The notes under the pieces are model-generated. The model did no database searches. It saw only the letters and a program-made list of their open reading frames with translations, and was not told the DNA's origin. Below are positions 25,690 to 38,121 of a DNA stretch of 64,000 nucleotides, piece by piece. The stretch is taken from contig NC_043000.1 in NCBI RefSeq assembly GCF_006345805.1, forward strand, positions 67,952,001 to 68,016,000. Direction: 5' to 3'. The translations under genes and the position numbers were made by a program. Positions within the stretch are counted from its first letter, which is position 1. Each line of letters opens with the position of its first letter. The DNA is from Octopus sinensis. Its lineage: Eukaryota.

Positions 25690-27208
25690 TAAGAAATGTA
25701 AATAGTCTGAGACAACTTCTTCGGCCAATGAACCATTCTGCCAGAACGTGTCCTGTAAGGTGAAGAATGCGTTTGTGTTGTTGGTGTTTTGGTGAGTGGA
25801 GGTGATGTGGGGGTGGCAGTGTTTATGGAATGATGGGTGTGTCAGCAAGAAATGTTTCGAAAAGAGTTTTTTTTTACTCTGTCGATAGAGACAGTCTCTT
25901 TTTATCCGTGAATGTCCACAGTGAACAGTTTCGGTGTGCGATAGGGACCAGTGCAGGGAGGTGTGAGCGGTCCCTTGACGGCATCAATTCTTACAAACAC
26001 GTAAGTCCAAGTAGAAATATCCGGAGGTACTGTAGAAGAAATAGACTGGTCGCGAGCAAGCGTTGGTGGCAGGTCAGCAAAGGATGGCCTGAGTCGTATG
26101 ACGTAAGATGTAGGATCCGCATTCAGTAAGTCGACGGGCATCAACATTTATCCAGGAAGTGCTAAGGTGGTGCCATACAGGAGCTCAGCGGAGGAGTAGC
26201 CTAAATCCTCCTTGAGAGCTGAGAGGCACCCCAGCAAAACAATGGGGAGAAACTCGGACCAACGATGATGATCAGGAGCCGCACGAATAGCGGCTTTAAG
26301 CTGGCGGTGAAATCGTTCCACTATTCCGTTGGTGGCAGGATGGTATCTTGTGGTGTGGATGTGCTGAACTCCGAGTAATCTCGAAAGCTCACGAAACAGA
26401 CAAGCTTCAAATTGGTGTCCACGATCACTAGTCATTTTAGAGAGTACTCCGAAGCGAGATATTCACCCGGAGATGAGTGCTCTGGCGACTGTTTCCACGG
26501 AAATGTCCACGAGAGGGATGGCTTCAGGCCATCTGGAGAAGCGATTGATGGATGTCAATATATAAGTAAATCCGCAACTGACCGGCCAAGGACCAACCAG
26601 GTCGATGTGTATGTGACGGAACCTGGTGTCCAGTGACTGGAAGTGCCCAAGAGGTTCTCTCACATGACGATGCACCTTGGAAAGCTAACATGGTAGACAG
26701 ACACGTGACCAAGCAGTAATAGACCAATGCATATTCGGCCAGAAAAAGCGGGCCGAGATAAGCTTTACTGTGACTGCAATGCTGGGGTGTGACAGTGAAT
26801 GCAGTGCTTCAAAAACAGCACGACGGGGATTTTCAGGAACGAGGGTTTGTAGTGATCCAGTAGAAGCATCGGAAAGAATGGTTCCTTCAGAAAAAGGCAG
26901 TGGCAGGTGTTCAAACTTGCAGCAGGAAAACTGTGGTGAAGAGACGTCCAGAAAGTCCAAGGAGGGTTGGTCAGTATCCATAGCAACCAAATCAATACGA
27001 CAATGCACCAACAAGCAGGCGAGATAAGGCATCAGCGGGGATGTCGTCAGTGCCAGCGATTTGGCGAATGTCACTAGTGAGCTGTGATATGTAGTCCAAA
27101 TGCCTTGTCTCTGGGCGAGTACCAATCCGTTTTGGCAAAGAGAGTAAACGTTAGCGGTTTGTGGTCGGTGAAAATCGTGAAATCTCTACCTTCGAGATTA
27201 GGATTTTA
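25690..27208 (-). mobile_element. Gypsy/Ty3 pol remnant (RNase H, integrase), 5'-truncated
   Basis: LEGRDFTIFTDHKPL, RHLDYISQ, ADALSR, HHCC region, HIHIDLVGP, SDRGHQF, YHPATNGIVERFHRQLKAAI, GPY/F motif and TRSGRMVHWPKKLSQ; multiple frameshifts. Confidence 0.96.
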
Positions 27209-27577
27209 CCTCAAAAACACGTTTTCAAAATGTTAATAACCCAACCCGAATTTTTAACTTTTTACAAAAAAATTTTTTTAAACCACGTAAAAAAATAGAG
27301 ATTACGAATCTAAGATTTAAAACAAAAATTCTCTTAAAGAAATACTCAAATCCCCTTCCCCAACCTCCACCCATCGCCTTCGAATGTTTTACTTTTAGCT
27401 TTTTTGAAAGCAGGGAAGTTTTTCCAGAAATAATGTCGTTTAGCTGTTGTTTCTAGCATATCGGGATTTCTGGTGGTGGTCTGATATTTTTGACGTCTGC
27501 TATTTTCAGTAGAATTCTACGCATGCATCAAACATCAATCGAAAGTTAAACATCGAGTTTTTATTTTTTTGAAAGCG

Positions 27578-28018
27578 CTGGGGCTAAATGCATCAGTAAC
27601 ACCCCCACCGTCCTGCCCTGTCCCTAGCCACATTCGGATGGCTAACGTCCCTTATGTTATGGAGCAGTTACTGTCTATACCTCGTTTAGAGAATTATTAT
27701 TGCTGTCGAACAGATTTTGTACATCAGTAAATGTATTTACTGTGAAAATCTTTATATAGATAGCCTGCACAGAGAGTCGTTCGTCGAGGGGCGGTGCCTG
27801 CCATACGTTGACAATAGGCAAACACCTTGAAACCTGGGTCCGTATGTGGCATCCGCTTCTTCGGGGAATGATCTCCCTTTGCAGGCTAGAGGACGCCGTG
27901 ATGGCGTCAGCCCTTCTGGTGACGTTGATGATCGCCTGGGGCTAAATGCATCAGTAACACCCCCACCGCCCTGCCCTGTCCCTAGCCACATTCGGATGGC
28001 TAACGTCCCTTATGTTAT
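27578..28018. repeat. 83-bp direct repeats (27578-27660, 27936-28018) flanking a 275-bp GC-richer core
   Basis: ctggggctaaatgcatcagtaacacccccaccg(t/c)cctgccctgtccctagccacattcggatggctaacgtcccttatgttat occurs twice with one mismatch. Confidence 0.95.
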
Positions 28019-28035
28019 ATATATATATATATATA

Positions 28036-28940
28036 ACTGCCCTGCTTCCCATAGATATAACAGAATTTTCCCCGTAAGACAGGATCTCGTATTCTACCCT
28101 CCCCAATATGGGTACCATCATAGCCAGGTTAAATAGAAAGAATATAAAATGGGCAAGAGGGGGTTAATAATAATAATATTACTGTCAACACTAGCTTAAA
28201 CTTCAACAATGAGAATAATATTAATGGTGATGTAGGAATTAGAAACAACAGTACTAACACGTCTAAAATGTACAATATAGACTGTAGCTCCGAGGTTTAT
28301 ACTAGCACAGGGATTACTGGCACAATGCCTGTTGATGCTGAGATGAATTTGAATGGTACCACAGTTGAAGGAAGTATAAATGATAACAGAAATAATAATA
28401 ACACACACGATAGTAGTAGTAGGAATAATAATAATAATAGTGACACTACTACTACTACTACTACTACTAATAATAATAATAATAAGAAGAAGAAGAAGAA
28501 TATTAATAGTAGTAATGCTCCTGGTTGCAATTGTAGAGTTAAATCCCACTGTCCGTTATTAGGCCGATGTCTAATCCAAAACGTAATTTATAAATGTACA
28601 ATCATAACTGAGGCTGGTAACTTTATATATATATTGGATGTTCGATAAATATGTAAAAATGTATCAATAACCATTCTTCGTCTTTTAGTCTCAAACATAA
28701 AGCCAATTGTACGTTCTTATCTAGCAAGATTTGGGAACTGAAGGAAAGCAGGATCGAATTTAGCCTTAATACAGAAAGCGCAGCGTTATAGAGATAGTCG
28801 ATATGGATGTGAGCTGTGCTCTATGGAAACTTACGAGATTTTTTAGTATAGGGACAAGAACAACCTGATTAATATTAGATTAGGCCTAAGGGTATCATGC
28901 GTACATAGCGTCACCTGTACATTTACGTACTTTCGAAATT
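28036..28940 (+). mobile_element. Penelope-like element 3' part (RT thumb, GIY-YIG endonuclease), decayed
   Basis: HRYNRIF..RISYSTLPNMGTII, then CNCRVKSHCPLLGRCLIQNVIYKC, LSSKIWELK and CELC. Confidence 0.85.
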
Positions 28941-30531
28941 AGCGATTATAGGTGCCATACTTGAACTTTGATGGTGGAAATTAATTTTGGTGTCGTATCC
29001 GTTGTAAACTTACCTTCTACGAGTAGTATTAAATATAATAAAATCATGGGATATTGAGTTATATGGTGAATTAAATTGCATTGCCTATGTTATAAGCTAT
29101 GTTATGGTATGTGGTGTGCTATATGTACTTACTATCCCATGAAAACTCCTGTCTAGTTAGTCTGACTTCATATTTTTGGTGATTAAACTATTTTTTTCCT
29201 TTCTATAATGTTCTACCCTACTGATCATATTATGTATGTTTGTAATGGCTTTTATGTAAGTCTCCTAATTATACACCCACTGGAAACTATAAAGTCATAT
29301 ATGTAATAGTATCTGTAACATTGCAACTTATAAAATCTCTTCGGTTTAAATACCTCTAACTGTTCTCACTATGCCCATACCTACTACCTCCTCTTTTCGG
29401 GTTACCTTTATCTCTTCCCTACCTCAAATTTTAATACCCTGTCTCTTTAAATGTCGGTTATGTATATTTCTTATTATTTTCTATAAATTCTTCTTTTTTT
29501 TTTATTCGATATCCTTACCTATTAACATCTTATCCCTTATAAGTTGTTACTGTTCTTAAATAGAGAATTTTAAGCTACTTAGGTCTATGCGAGATGGTTA
29601 TACTGTATCCATATAAACGTATAAATATTTGTACATGTGTATAAATGCATATATGTGCATAACCTGTTAATCTCTTATCCCTTATAAATTGTTATCTTTC
29701 TTGTTCGTAAATAGATACTTTTTAGTTACTTAAGTCTATGCGAGATGGTTACACTATATCCATATAAATGTATAAATATTTGTGTATGTATGCACATAGA
29801 TAAATATGTGTATCTGTACACATCTTTATTTTTTCTGATTCTTGGCTTATAATTAATATATAGATAGCATGTTTATCTTTCCAGTATTCCATAAGTAAAT
29901 ACACAGAGCAGTCTTTATAGAAACCACCTAATAAGTAAATAATTAAGTACATGAATGAATATTAAACTGATTCTATGTAATCTTTCCTTTTTAACGTTGA
30001 AAATTGATATATATACACACATTTGACCTATTTTGGTTATGATATCATTTTTGATAATCTTAAATACTTACATAAAAGTTCATCATGAACTTTTAGGTAT
30101 TTTTGTAAATTTGTATATTTATCTTCTATGCATTTTTCTCTGGAATTTTAATTCGTCATTTTAATATGTCATTGTATTTTTATTACCCCAAATTTTTAAC
30201 TTAACAAATTTATACCAAATGTTTTACGAGTTTAAGCGTAAATTCAAGGTGTTATGTATACAACATTGATTCTCTTATATATTTTTATATGATGTTAATA
30301 TATTTATATATTACCATATATTTTTAAACGTCTGGCTTTATATCTGTTCTGTAGATATAAATGAATATATGAATATATGTATGTGTTTGATCTTTCTGTG
30401 GTTTTTGTAGTGTCCTTGTAGTTGCTGCTCACATTGCCTCCCCACGGATTAAAAAAAGTGTATACAGCTCATTTGAGCACTACTATTCCAGTCTGTTACA
30501 TATTTTGAGCGTTGGTGTCACTAGCGATCTC

Positions 30532-30930
30532 GTGTGGTAAGTAGCTTGCTAACCAACCACATGGTTCCGGGTTCAGTCCCACTGCGTGGCATCTTGGGCA
30601 AGTGTCTTCTGCTATAGCCCCGGGCCGACCAATGCCTTGTGAGTGGATTTGGTAGACGGAAACTGAAAGAAGCCTGTCGTATATATGTATATATATGTAT
30701 GTGTGTGTGTTTGTGTGTCTGTGTTTGTTCCCCTAGCATTGCTTGACAACCGATGCTGGTGTGTTTACGTCCCCGTCACTTAGCGGTTCGGCAAAAAGAG
30801 ACCGATAGAATAAGTACTGGGCTTACAAAAAGAATGAGTCCCGGGGTCGAGTTGCTCGACTAAAAGGCGGTGCTCCAGCATGGCCGCAGTCAAAATGACT
30901 GAAACAAGTAAAAGAAAGAAAAGAAAGAAA
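30532..30930 (+). mobile_element. SINE family A, young CpG-intact copy
   Basis: Full centre and tail present, with an (AAAG)n end. Confidence 0.92.
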
Positions 30931-30937
30931 TATATAT

Positions 30938-30982
<45 letters not shown>

Positions 30983-30999
30983 CGCGCGTGTCTATGTTT

Positions 31000-31780
31000 G
31001 TCGCCCACCATCGCTGAGAAAATGGCTTTTCTGTGTAATAACTTTCTCACTGACACTCCCTGTCCATAAATCCGATACAAAAGTTACTGCACCAGCTAGA
31101 CTGATACCTATTAAGCCCTTCCATGTCATATGTGTTTTATAATCACTGTACACCAATGATTTGCTTTGTAGGGAAGAAGGAGTCTCAGTTCGTATTTCTG
31201 TGCAATCAACTATAACTCGACAAGTTGGATACTTTGCACGGAATGATGGTAGCATATGGTCATTCACTGCTTTTCTTGATGGCCATATTACCAGAAATGA
31301 TAACTGGACATCTAAGTAATCAATCCACTTATTAAATATTATGCCGCATGTTGTTGTGCTAATGCAGAAGCGATATGCTAAATCCTCTAATAGTAGCCCA
31401 AGTCGCAATCTCATAAGTACAAGAAAAAAATTCATCAATTAATCGAAGCTGTCTGGGTCTGCCTTGCTCTGATGATGCACTATGCTGGCAGTTTCACTTG
31501 CTTCATCATCTTTAATTTCATCAAAAAGACAATCAAAAGTCATGGAATCTGGTATTCATGTGTAAAAGAGAAGCTTCTGCTTATCATTTTTCACATCTTC
31601 ATATGTAAGCACAGGTGCATTTGCCTGCGTTTCACAATCCACTGTAGCGAGGCACAAGAAGCCAGCGCCATTTTGTACGACATCTCACCGGTAGCCATTA
31701 CCATGTCCAAGACAGGAACGAGATCTCGCCTGCAACCATTTGCCATGCGCGAGACGACAGAGGACGTTTTAACCGTATCT
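31000..31780 (-). mobile_element. ISL2EU/Harbinger-type transposase remnant
   Basis: FYT*IPD, GRPRQLRLIDEFFLVLMRLRLGLLLEDLAYRF, VIVDCTEIRTETPSS, YSDYKTHMTWKGLIGIS. Confidence 0.88.
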
Positions 31781-32555
31781 AAATTATCAGATATTGATCT
31801 TAATAACACAACAAATCACAAAGATATGGGTGATATTTACCTCGGTGGATGTGTAATGAGATATCTAGAACAAAACCCAATCGTTGGTGACTCAGCTAGA
31901 TTCAAAACAGATTGCAATTTTTTAAAAAATAGAATTATGCTCTCAAATAAAAATGAGCTTTCCTTTCGATGAAGCTGGAGTGTTTGCCCTCTTAAAAATA
32001 CTTGATCCCAAAGTAGCCCACGATCATACTAACTCTCCTCAGTCGATAATTCCCATGGCATCAAACTTTCCAGCAGTTGCATCAGAAAACACACTTGATG
32101 AACTAGACGATGAGTGAAGACTATTTCGGCAACATAGAGATACTCCTGTTTCCTCAAAAAGCATCTCTGAATTCTAGTATTCCATGCACAATCTTAAAGA
32201 CGGGCTTGACCACTCTAAATTTGAGAGGCTGTCACGATTCATGACTAATTTAACGGTGTTCCATCACATGGAGCGCATATTTTCCCAAGTAAATTGCACA
32301 AAGACAAACTTCACTAATAGGTTGAAGACCGAAACGATTATCGATCGTCTACTCGCTAAATAAGCAATTACAAGAAAGGGAGCGTCATGCATTTCGTGGG
32401 AGCCGAACGCTAAACTTGTTAAAGATGTAGTGGATGGGTCTTGTCATCGTAGGTATACGAGTAGACTGAGCTTCAAAAAGGAAGAAAAATGAGTCTATCA
32501 CCATTGAAGGAGTGAATGAAGATGATGTGGATATGCATGAGATTGACAATTAGCT
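31780..32555 (+). mobile_element. hAT transposase C-terminal remnant (dimerisation region)
   Basis: IYLGG, IELCSQIKMSFPF, KILDPK, ERIFSQVNCTKTNFTNRLKTETI; stops and a frameshift. Confidence 0.85.
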
Positions 32556-32784
32556 GCCATATGATATAAAGTAAGTATTCATTTTGTCATATAACATATT
32601 TTATCATTAAATTACCTATTTTCTAACATCTGGGCTTATAAAATAGGATCTAGGTTTTTTGCAGCAAATAATCTGGGTGTTTTATTATTTGATGAGTGGC
32701 AACTCCGCCCCTAACCATAAGCACCTCGCCTTCACTACACACACAATACATGCCTGCAAGTAAACAAATACATACATATATACA

Positions 32785-33113
32785 TGAGGAGACCCCCCAC
32801 CATTCGGTCATGAATGACCATGGGATTGTACCTAGAAAGTTACCCTCCGAGGCACAAGACCGCGCAAGGTTGTTTGTAGAAGGCCAGCAGTCGCCCATGC
32901 ATACTGGCCTTCCCTCTCCACACCATTAATGTTATCCAAGGGAAAGGCAAAGGCCGATACAGTTTGGCACCAGTGATATCGCAACTCATTTCTACACTGG
33001 AGCAACGTGAAATAAAGTGTCTTGCTCAAGAACTCAACACGCAGCCCGGTCCAGGAATCGAACTCACAACCTCACGATCGTAAGCTCGACGCTCTAACCA
33101 CTGAGTCATGCCC
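32785..33113 (-). mobile_element. tRNA/CORE-type SINE with a tail different from family B
   Basis: Minus strand reads gggggcatgactcagtggttagagcgtc...gagttcgattcc...cttgagcaagacactttatttcacg, then an unrelated tail (gtgcctcggagggtaactttctagg). Confidence 0.85.
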
Positions 33114-33139
33114 CTTCACTATACATACATACATACATA

Positions 33140-35790
33140 CATACAAACAAAAAGATTTTAATGAAATTGGAGAGGAATATTTACAGCAATGTAATGAACT
33201 CTCATTCTGGCAGATTAATGCCCTGTCTACAACTGCAAATCAGTACATGAACGACACTCAAAAAGTAAATATAACCGAAACAACGAAGACAATGCTTATT
33301 GCTTGCAAACAAGTAGATCACTTTACGACTCACGAAGAAAAGATGAAGAAGATAGATGCGATGTTTGGAGATAGCAAAAAGAGAACACTCAATTGCAAAC
33401 TGATAACCTTCAGCTAAAAGCTGTCAGTGAGAAACATTGACATCAGAGAAGAATAACCGAAAGAAAAACAATAAACAAAAAATTTAACCGGATCCAGGCA
33501 TCAGTGTACAGAGACATGAGAGGAGAAGCAGTATATATCACAGAAGCTCCTGCTGGAGGAAAATCTGGAGCAAAGAGATGGAATTTAACCGAGATACTCT
33601 GTGGCTGGAAGAAATTCGAAGCAATTACTGTCCCTACATTACACCCAAGCCATACAGCAAAATACCCTTGTGGCTGTAATCCAGAAACTTCAAGATGGAA
33701 AAGCATCTGAAAGAGACTTGATTATTGAATACTGGTACAAGAAGAAAATTTTCTAACAACCATATCTTATCAGCCTATATCAGCAAACTCTCAATGGGAA
33801 TAGTAGCATACCAGACTGGTTAGTTCTGGCAGGGACAAAACTGATCTCCCAAAGCAGAACCACCCATATGGCAAAAATCTACCGAACTTAATGCCAGAAC
33901 TTAATGTATAAAATATATACAGCATCTTTAAACCTCTTTCTCCAAGACCATTGTGAAAATAAAAATATCATCACAGCAGAACAAGCAGCTGGGAAGAAGG
34001 GGGTCTGAAAATGTGCCGAACAATTGTTGATAAACAAAACTGTAACGTCAGAGGAGCGGGTGCATAGGAGGAACCTAGTTTCAATGTGGCTGGACAACAA
34101 GAAAGCCTTTGATTCTGTTCCCCAGTCATGGATGCTAGAAGTCCTTCGACTGGTTAAAGTTCCAGTGAGCATAGTCAAAGCTATAGCTGACCTGACTTCA
34201 TCGTTGACCACAGTCTTGAAGTTAAATACAAGGAGTGATTTATTATCACCAATAAAATACAATATCACAGAGGTATATTCCAAAGGGACAGCCTCTCTGT
34301 GATGATATTTCTACTTTCTGTAAATCACTTGTTTTTCATGTTAAGGAAGATTGATTGGTATCTTGCTGGTTCAGAAGGTAACAGAAATACCAAAATTACA
34401 CACGGTTTCTTTGTGGATGACTTGAAACTGTACGCCAAGAATATTCATGACATGAAAAAGAGCTTTGACCTGGTTTCAACATTCTCAAAGGATATAGGGT
34501 TAGGGTTTGGTCCGGATAAATGTTGTTATATGGTTGTGAAAAGAGGTAAAACTGTAAACCAGACTAACAGCATCTCTATCAATAACTTAACTGTCTCCCC
34601 TTTATTTGAAGAGGAATGTTACAGGTACCTAGGGTTAAATGAAAACCACTAGCGTAGCTGGGTGGGGGCGGTTGGGGCGGTCTGCCCTGGATGGCACTTA
34701 TGAGTCTGCGTAGGTAATATGTGTTTTTGTGGGGTCCGGGAGCAGCAAACAGAAGGGCCTTCCCCGGTATCACACACTCTAGCTGCGCTAGTGATGGAAT
34801 CATATCTTACGATGGTACCTGTAACAAAACACGTGACACTATAGAGTATTACAGCCGAATAAAGAAAGTACGGACCTCAGAATTCTTTGCATCTAATAAA
34901 ACAGTAGCCCACAATGTGTTTTCAGTACTAGTACTCACGCCAACATTTGTGCCACTTGATTGGATGCTTGATGAGATCCAAGCTATTGATCTAAACAGCA
35001 CATAATTTCAACATCAACATAGAACGAAAACAAGGGAGACAGACTGCCTTTAAGTGTTATATCATATCTCTTCGACAACATTTGTTAACCACCAAGTATC
35101 GAAGCGCATCCCTTGACCAAGTTTGCATATACAAAACAGATAACATCACGAGACTTGGAAAGTAGCTCCCTGAGCAGCATTCCTTATTTGATAAACTTGA
35201 GTACATGCCCAAAGAAGTCGCACGAATCTACCGCAACCTATCATCAGATGAAAGAATGAGCGTATATCAGCAGATCATACATGAGTATGTTAGTTGAAAG
35301 CTCCAGGATGATACTAACATTGATAATCAAAGCAGTCTATCATGGACCGACAACCGGATTGCTAAGTCCCACTTTGAAGGGTATGCGTTTGCAATCCAGG
35401 AGCAAGAAATATCAACCTGATGCACAAAAGGGACAGAGACGCAGGCAGAACACCAAAATATGATAACCTATGCAGACTTTGGGGAGTTAATACCTAAGAT
35501 ATCATCCACATCATAAGCAGTTGTCCGAAAATATTATCGCGGTATTATCTTTCGATGCGACATTTAATTTTGGCTAAGACATTGTATAATGAGATCCGTA
35601 CAAAGGATAACTCTGAAGCCAAAGAAATAAGAACCCACAATATGGTAAAGACAATAACCCTTCATAATAAGGAGTACTGGTGGGATGTCCAATTGAAAAA
35701 CCACAATAAAATGTAAACGTAATAGACTTTTGGCGTCGTAAGTTAAGGCTGACACAGTTGACTGAACATGTCCAAACAATCAATGCTCTG
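33140..35790 (+). mobile_element. R4/Dong-clade LINE remnant (RT, CCHC, RLE)
   Basis: KAFDSVPQSWML, ITHGFFVDDLKLYAK, FSKDIGLGFGPDKC, YRYLG, EGYAFAIQEQEI, CRL...HIISSCP, EYWWDV; many frameshifts. Confidence 0.9.
34647..34793. mobile_element. 147-bp GC-rich MITE nested in the R4/Dong LINE
   Basis: TIRs cactagcgtagct / agctgcgctagtg; 8-bp TSD atgaaaac / atggaatc; removing it restores the LINE frame NENISYDG. Confidence 0.85.
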
Positions 35791-36199
35791 AATGTTTTTT
35801 GTCAAGTGTTTAAAGAGAATGAACACATGATTAAATTTATAACCTTTTGTACGTTTTCCGCCACGTCCGTGCGTTAGTGTTACGTGACGGTATATTTTGC
35901 GCCTAAAAAGAAGGCCGACACGCTTGAGTGAACATGTTTAGTTATAATCAAGGCACTCCAAATTTAATCTGTTTGGTGGGAGGAGTCGTTTGCACGTAGT
36001 CCAGTTGCTAAAGTTTAGGTTGTTAGCTGTGTAGCTTCCTCATGATAAGTGACAGAATGAATTTTGTGTGTAAATAGTTATTTGTGTATGTACTCTGTTA
36101 AAGTTTGTTAAGTCTTGGCTTGTACTTTTGTATGAAAGTATTTTCTTTGTTTATCCGTGCTTAATCTGTGGTATTCACTGAACAAAAGTAGAGTGGGAA

Positions 36200-37390
36200 G
36201 ACCTGGAATTTGGGGGACTTATTTTTTTGCACATATGTCAATGTGTCCACTTAGTAAAATCTGTCTAGTACTGGGGTCTCGTATTTATTGTTGGTGAATG
36301 GTCAGTCTGTTTCTTAGAGTAAGCTTTGTGTAACCTATATAATCTTCATTACATCCCTGACTTTTGATAGCGTATATTAAATTCCTTGAAGAACATGTAA
36401 AGCAATTTTTACGGTAAAAATCTGTCTTGATTTGAATTTGTATGTTGTGTCTTTAATAAGGTTGATGCAGGTCCCGCAGTTAGGGCGGCCACAGTTTTTG
36501 ACTGTTGGTGTAAGAATTGTGGAAGATAATTCATCACTTGTGAGGAATTTTTTGAGGGACTTTGATTGTCTTTTACTTTTGATCTTTTTGTGTATGATTT
36601 TTTTGTGTATTTCGAATGCTTGTTTCATTCTTGGGCTTTGTTTTAGTAGTAGGATGTTCTGGTGAATAATACTGCAAACCTCTGTGTTTCTTGGGTTGTG
36701 TGTTGTAATAAAGGGTAGAGTTTTTCGTAGTTCTTCGATATTTATTGCTTTGGCACGTTCTATTCTGTTGTCTATTAACATTAATGGATGATATTGTCTT
36801 TTAAGTAGTACTTATTCTAGTTTTTGGAGTACTTTATTGCGAGTTTCAGAGTTTGAGACAATTGTGCAGATTCTTCTTGCTAGATTAAAGGGGATATTAT
36901 TCTTCGTGTGTTTGGGTTGGCATGAGAAGAATAGTAAGTATTGTTTAGAACCTGTTTTTTTTTGTAGTGAATATCTGTTTCAATGTTTTGATGCTTACTA
37001 TATCCAGTAATGGTAGCCGAGTTTTACTGCATTCCATGGTAAAGTTAATAGTATTGTTTCAGCAGTTGATTAGATTTTTTAAATCTATAAGTTGTTCAAA
37101 TGCGTGCGTCCATAGGATTACACAGTCATCTAAGTAACGTTTCCAGTTTTCTAGTAGATATTTGTGGACGTTCAAGCCATATATTAATTTAGATTGTCCA
37201 TATATCTGGACCTCCATATATGCCATGACTAGATTGGCGTAAGTCGGAGCAACTGTTGTTCCCATCGCAGTCCCAGATATTTGTTTGTAAATATTGCCAT
37301 CGAAGAAAAAAAAATTGGTTTTCGAGGATAAACTTTTATCCTTCAGTGTTGAAACTCTTTTCAATTCTGTCTTGAATTTCATGAACTCCC
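36200..37390 (-). mobile_element. Penelope-like element (Neptune-like RT and GIY-YIG) remnant
   Basis: KQISGTAMGTTVAPTYANL, WKRYLDDC, LPFITTHNP, CGRPNCGTC, GCNEDYIGYTKLTLRNRLTIH. Confidence 0.92.
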
Positions 37391-37603
37391 TATGAAAATA
37401 GGGTAAGCTTCAAACACTAGTCAAAAGCAAGACAGCTGCGACATAAGCCACGTCTTTCTATTTGAACCTTTTGAAAATCAGTGTAAAGTTTGAAATCGGT
37501 TGAAGCTTCAGATATTTTAATAGAAAGCATTTTAACTATTCTCAGTGCATTTTCAATTTCTATTTTTCCTATATTTCTACCCGCGTGGAATAAAATAACT
37601 TTG

Positions 37604-37650
<47 letters not shown>

Positions 37651-38086
37651 CACACACACACACACAGAAACATACTAGCAGAAATACCCGGTGTTGCCCA
37701 GGTTAAAGACAATAATGAAATTTCAAAACGCCCTCTAGATTACGCAGGTCTCAACTGCTAGTAGCTGAAATACCAACTTTCTACATTAATAACTCTCCAA
37801 CCCATGCCAGCATAGAACATAGACGTTAAGTGAAATGTTAAAAGAAAGTTTTCAACTCATATATGTATATAAAGTAAATACACGAAATTCAAAAACACTG
37901 ATTTCATAACCCCAAAATAGTTACAAATTGTAAACAAAGGCCAATTTTGGTGATTCATTTGACACAGGTAGTACATAGTCAATCCGATTATAAATCTAAC
38001 CTTGAATCTTGGAAGTTTGCATGAATCCTGACTCAGTTAAATCTCTTGTGGCCCCAAATTATGTCATTTGTTGTGCAGCATTGTAT

Positions 38087-38121
<35 letters not shown>

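Noticed and set aside
27578-27935. HDV-like ribozyme in the direct repeat or its core
   Set aside because: A P4-like hairpin and gctaa are present, but I could not find complementary P1, P2 or P3 partners.
36005-36050. Possible hammerhead remnant (catgagga agct acac agct aac) downstream of the minus-strand PLE
   Set aside because: It needs several substitutions in both core segments, which is too degenerate to support.
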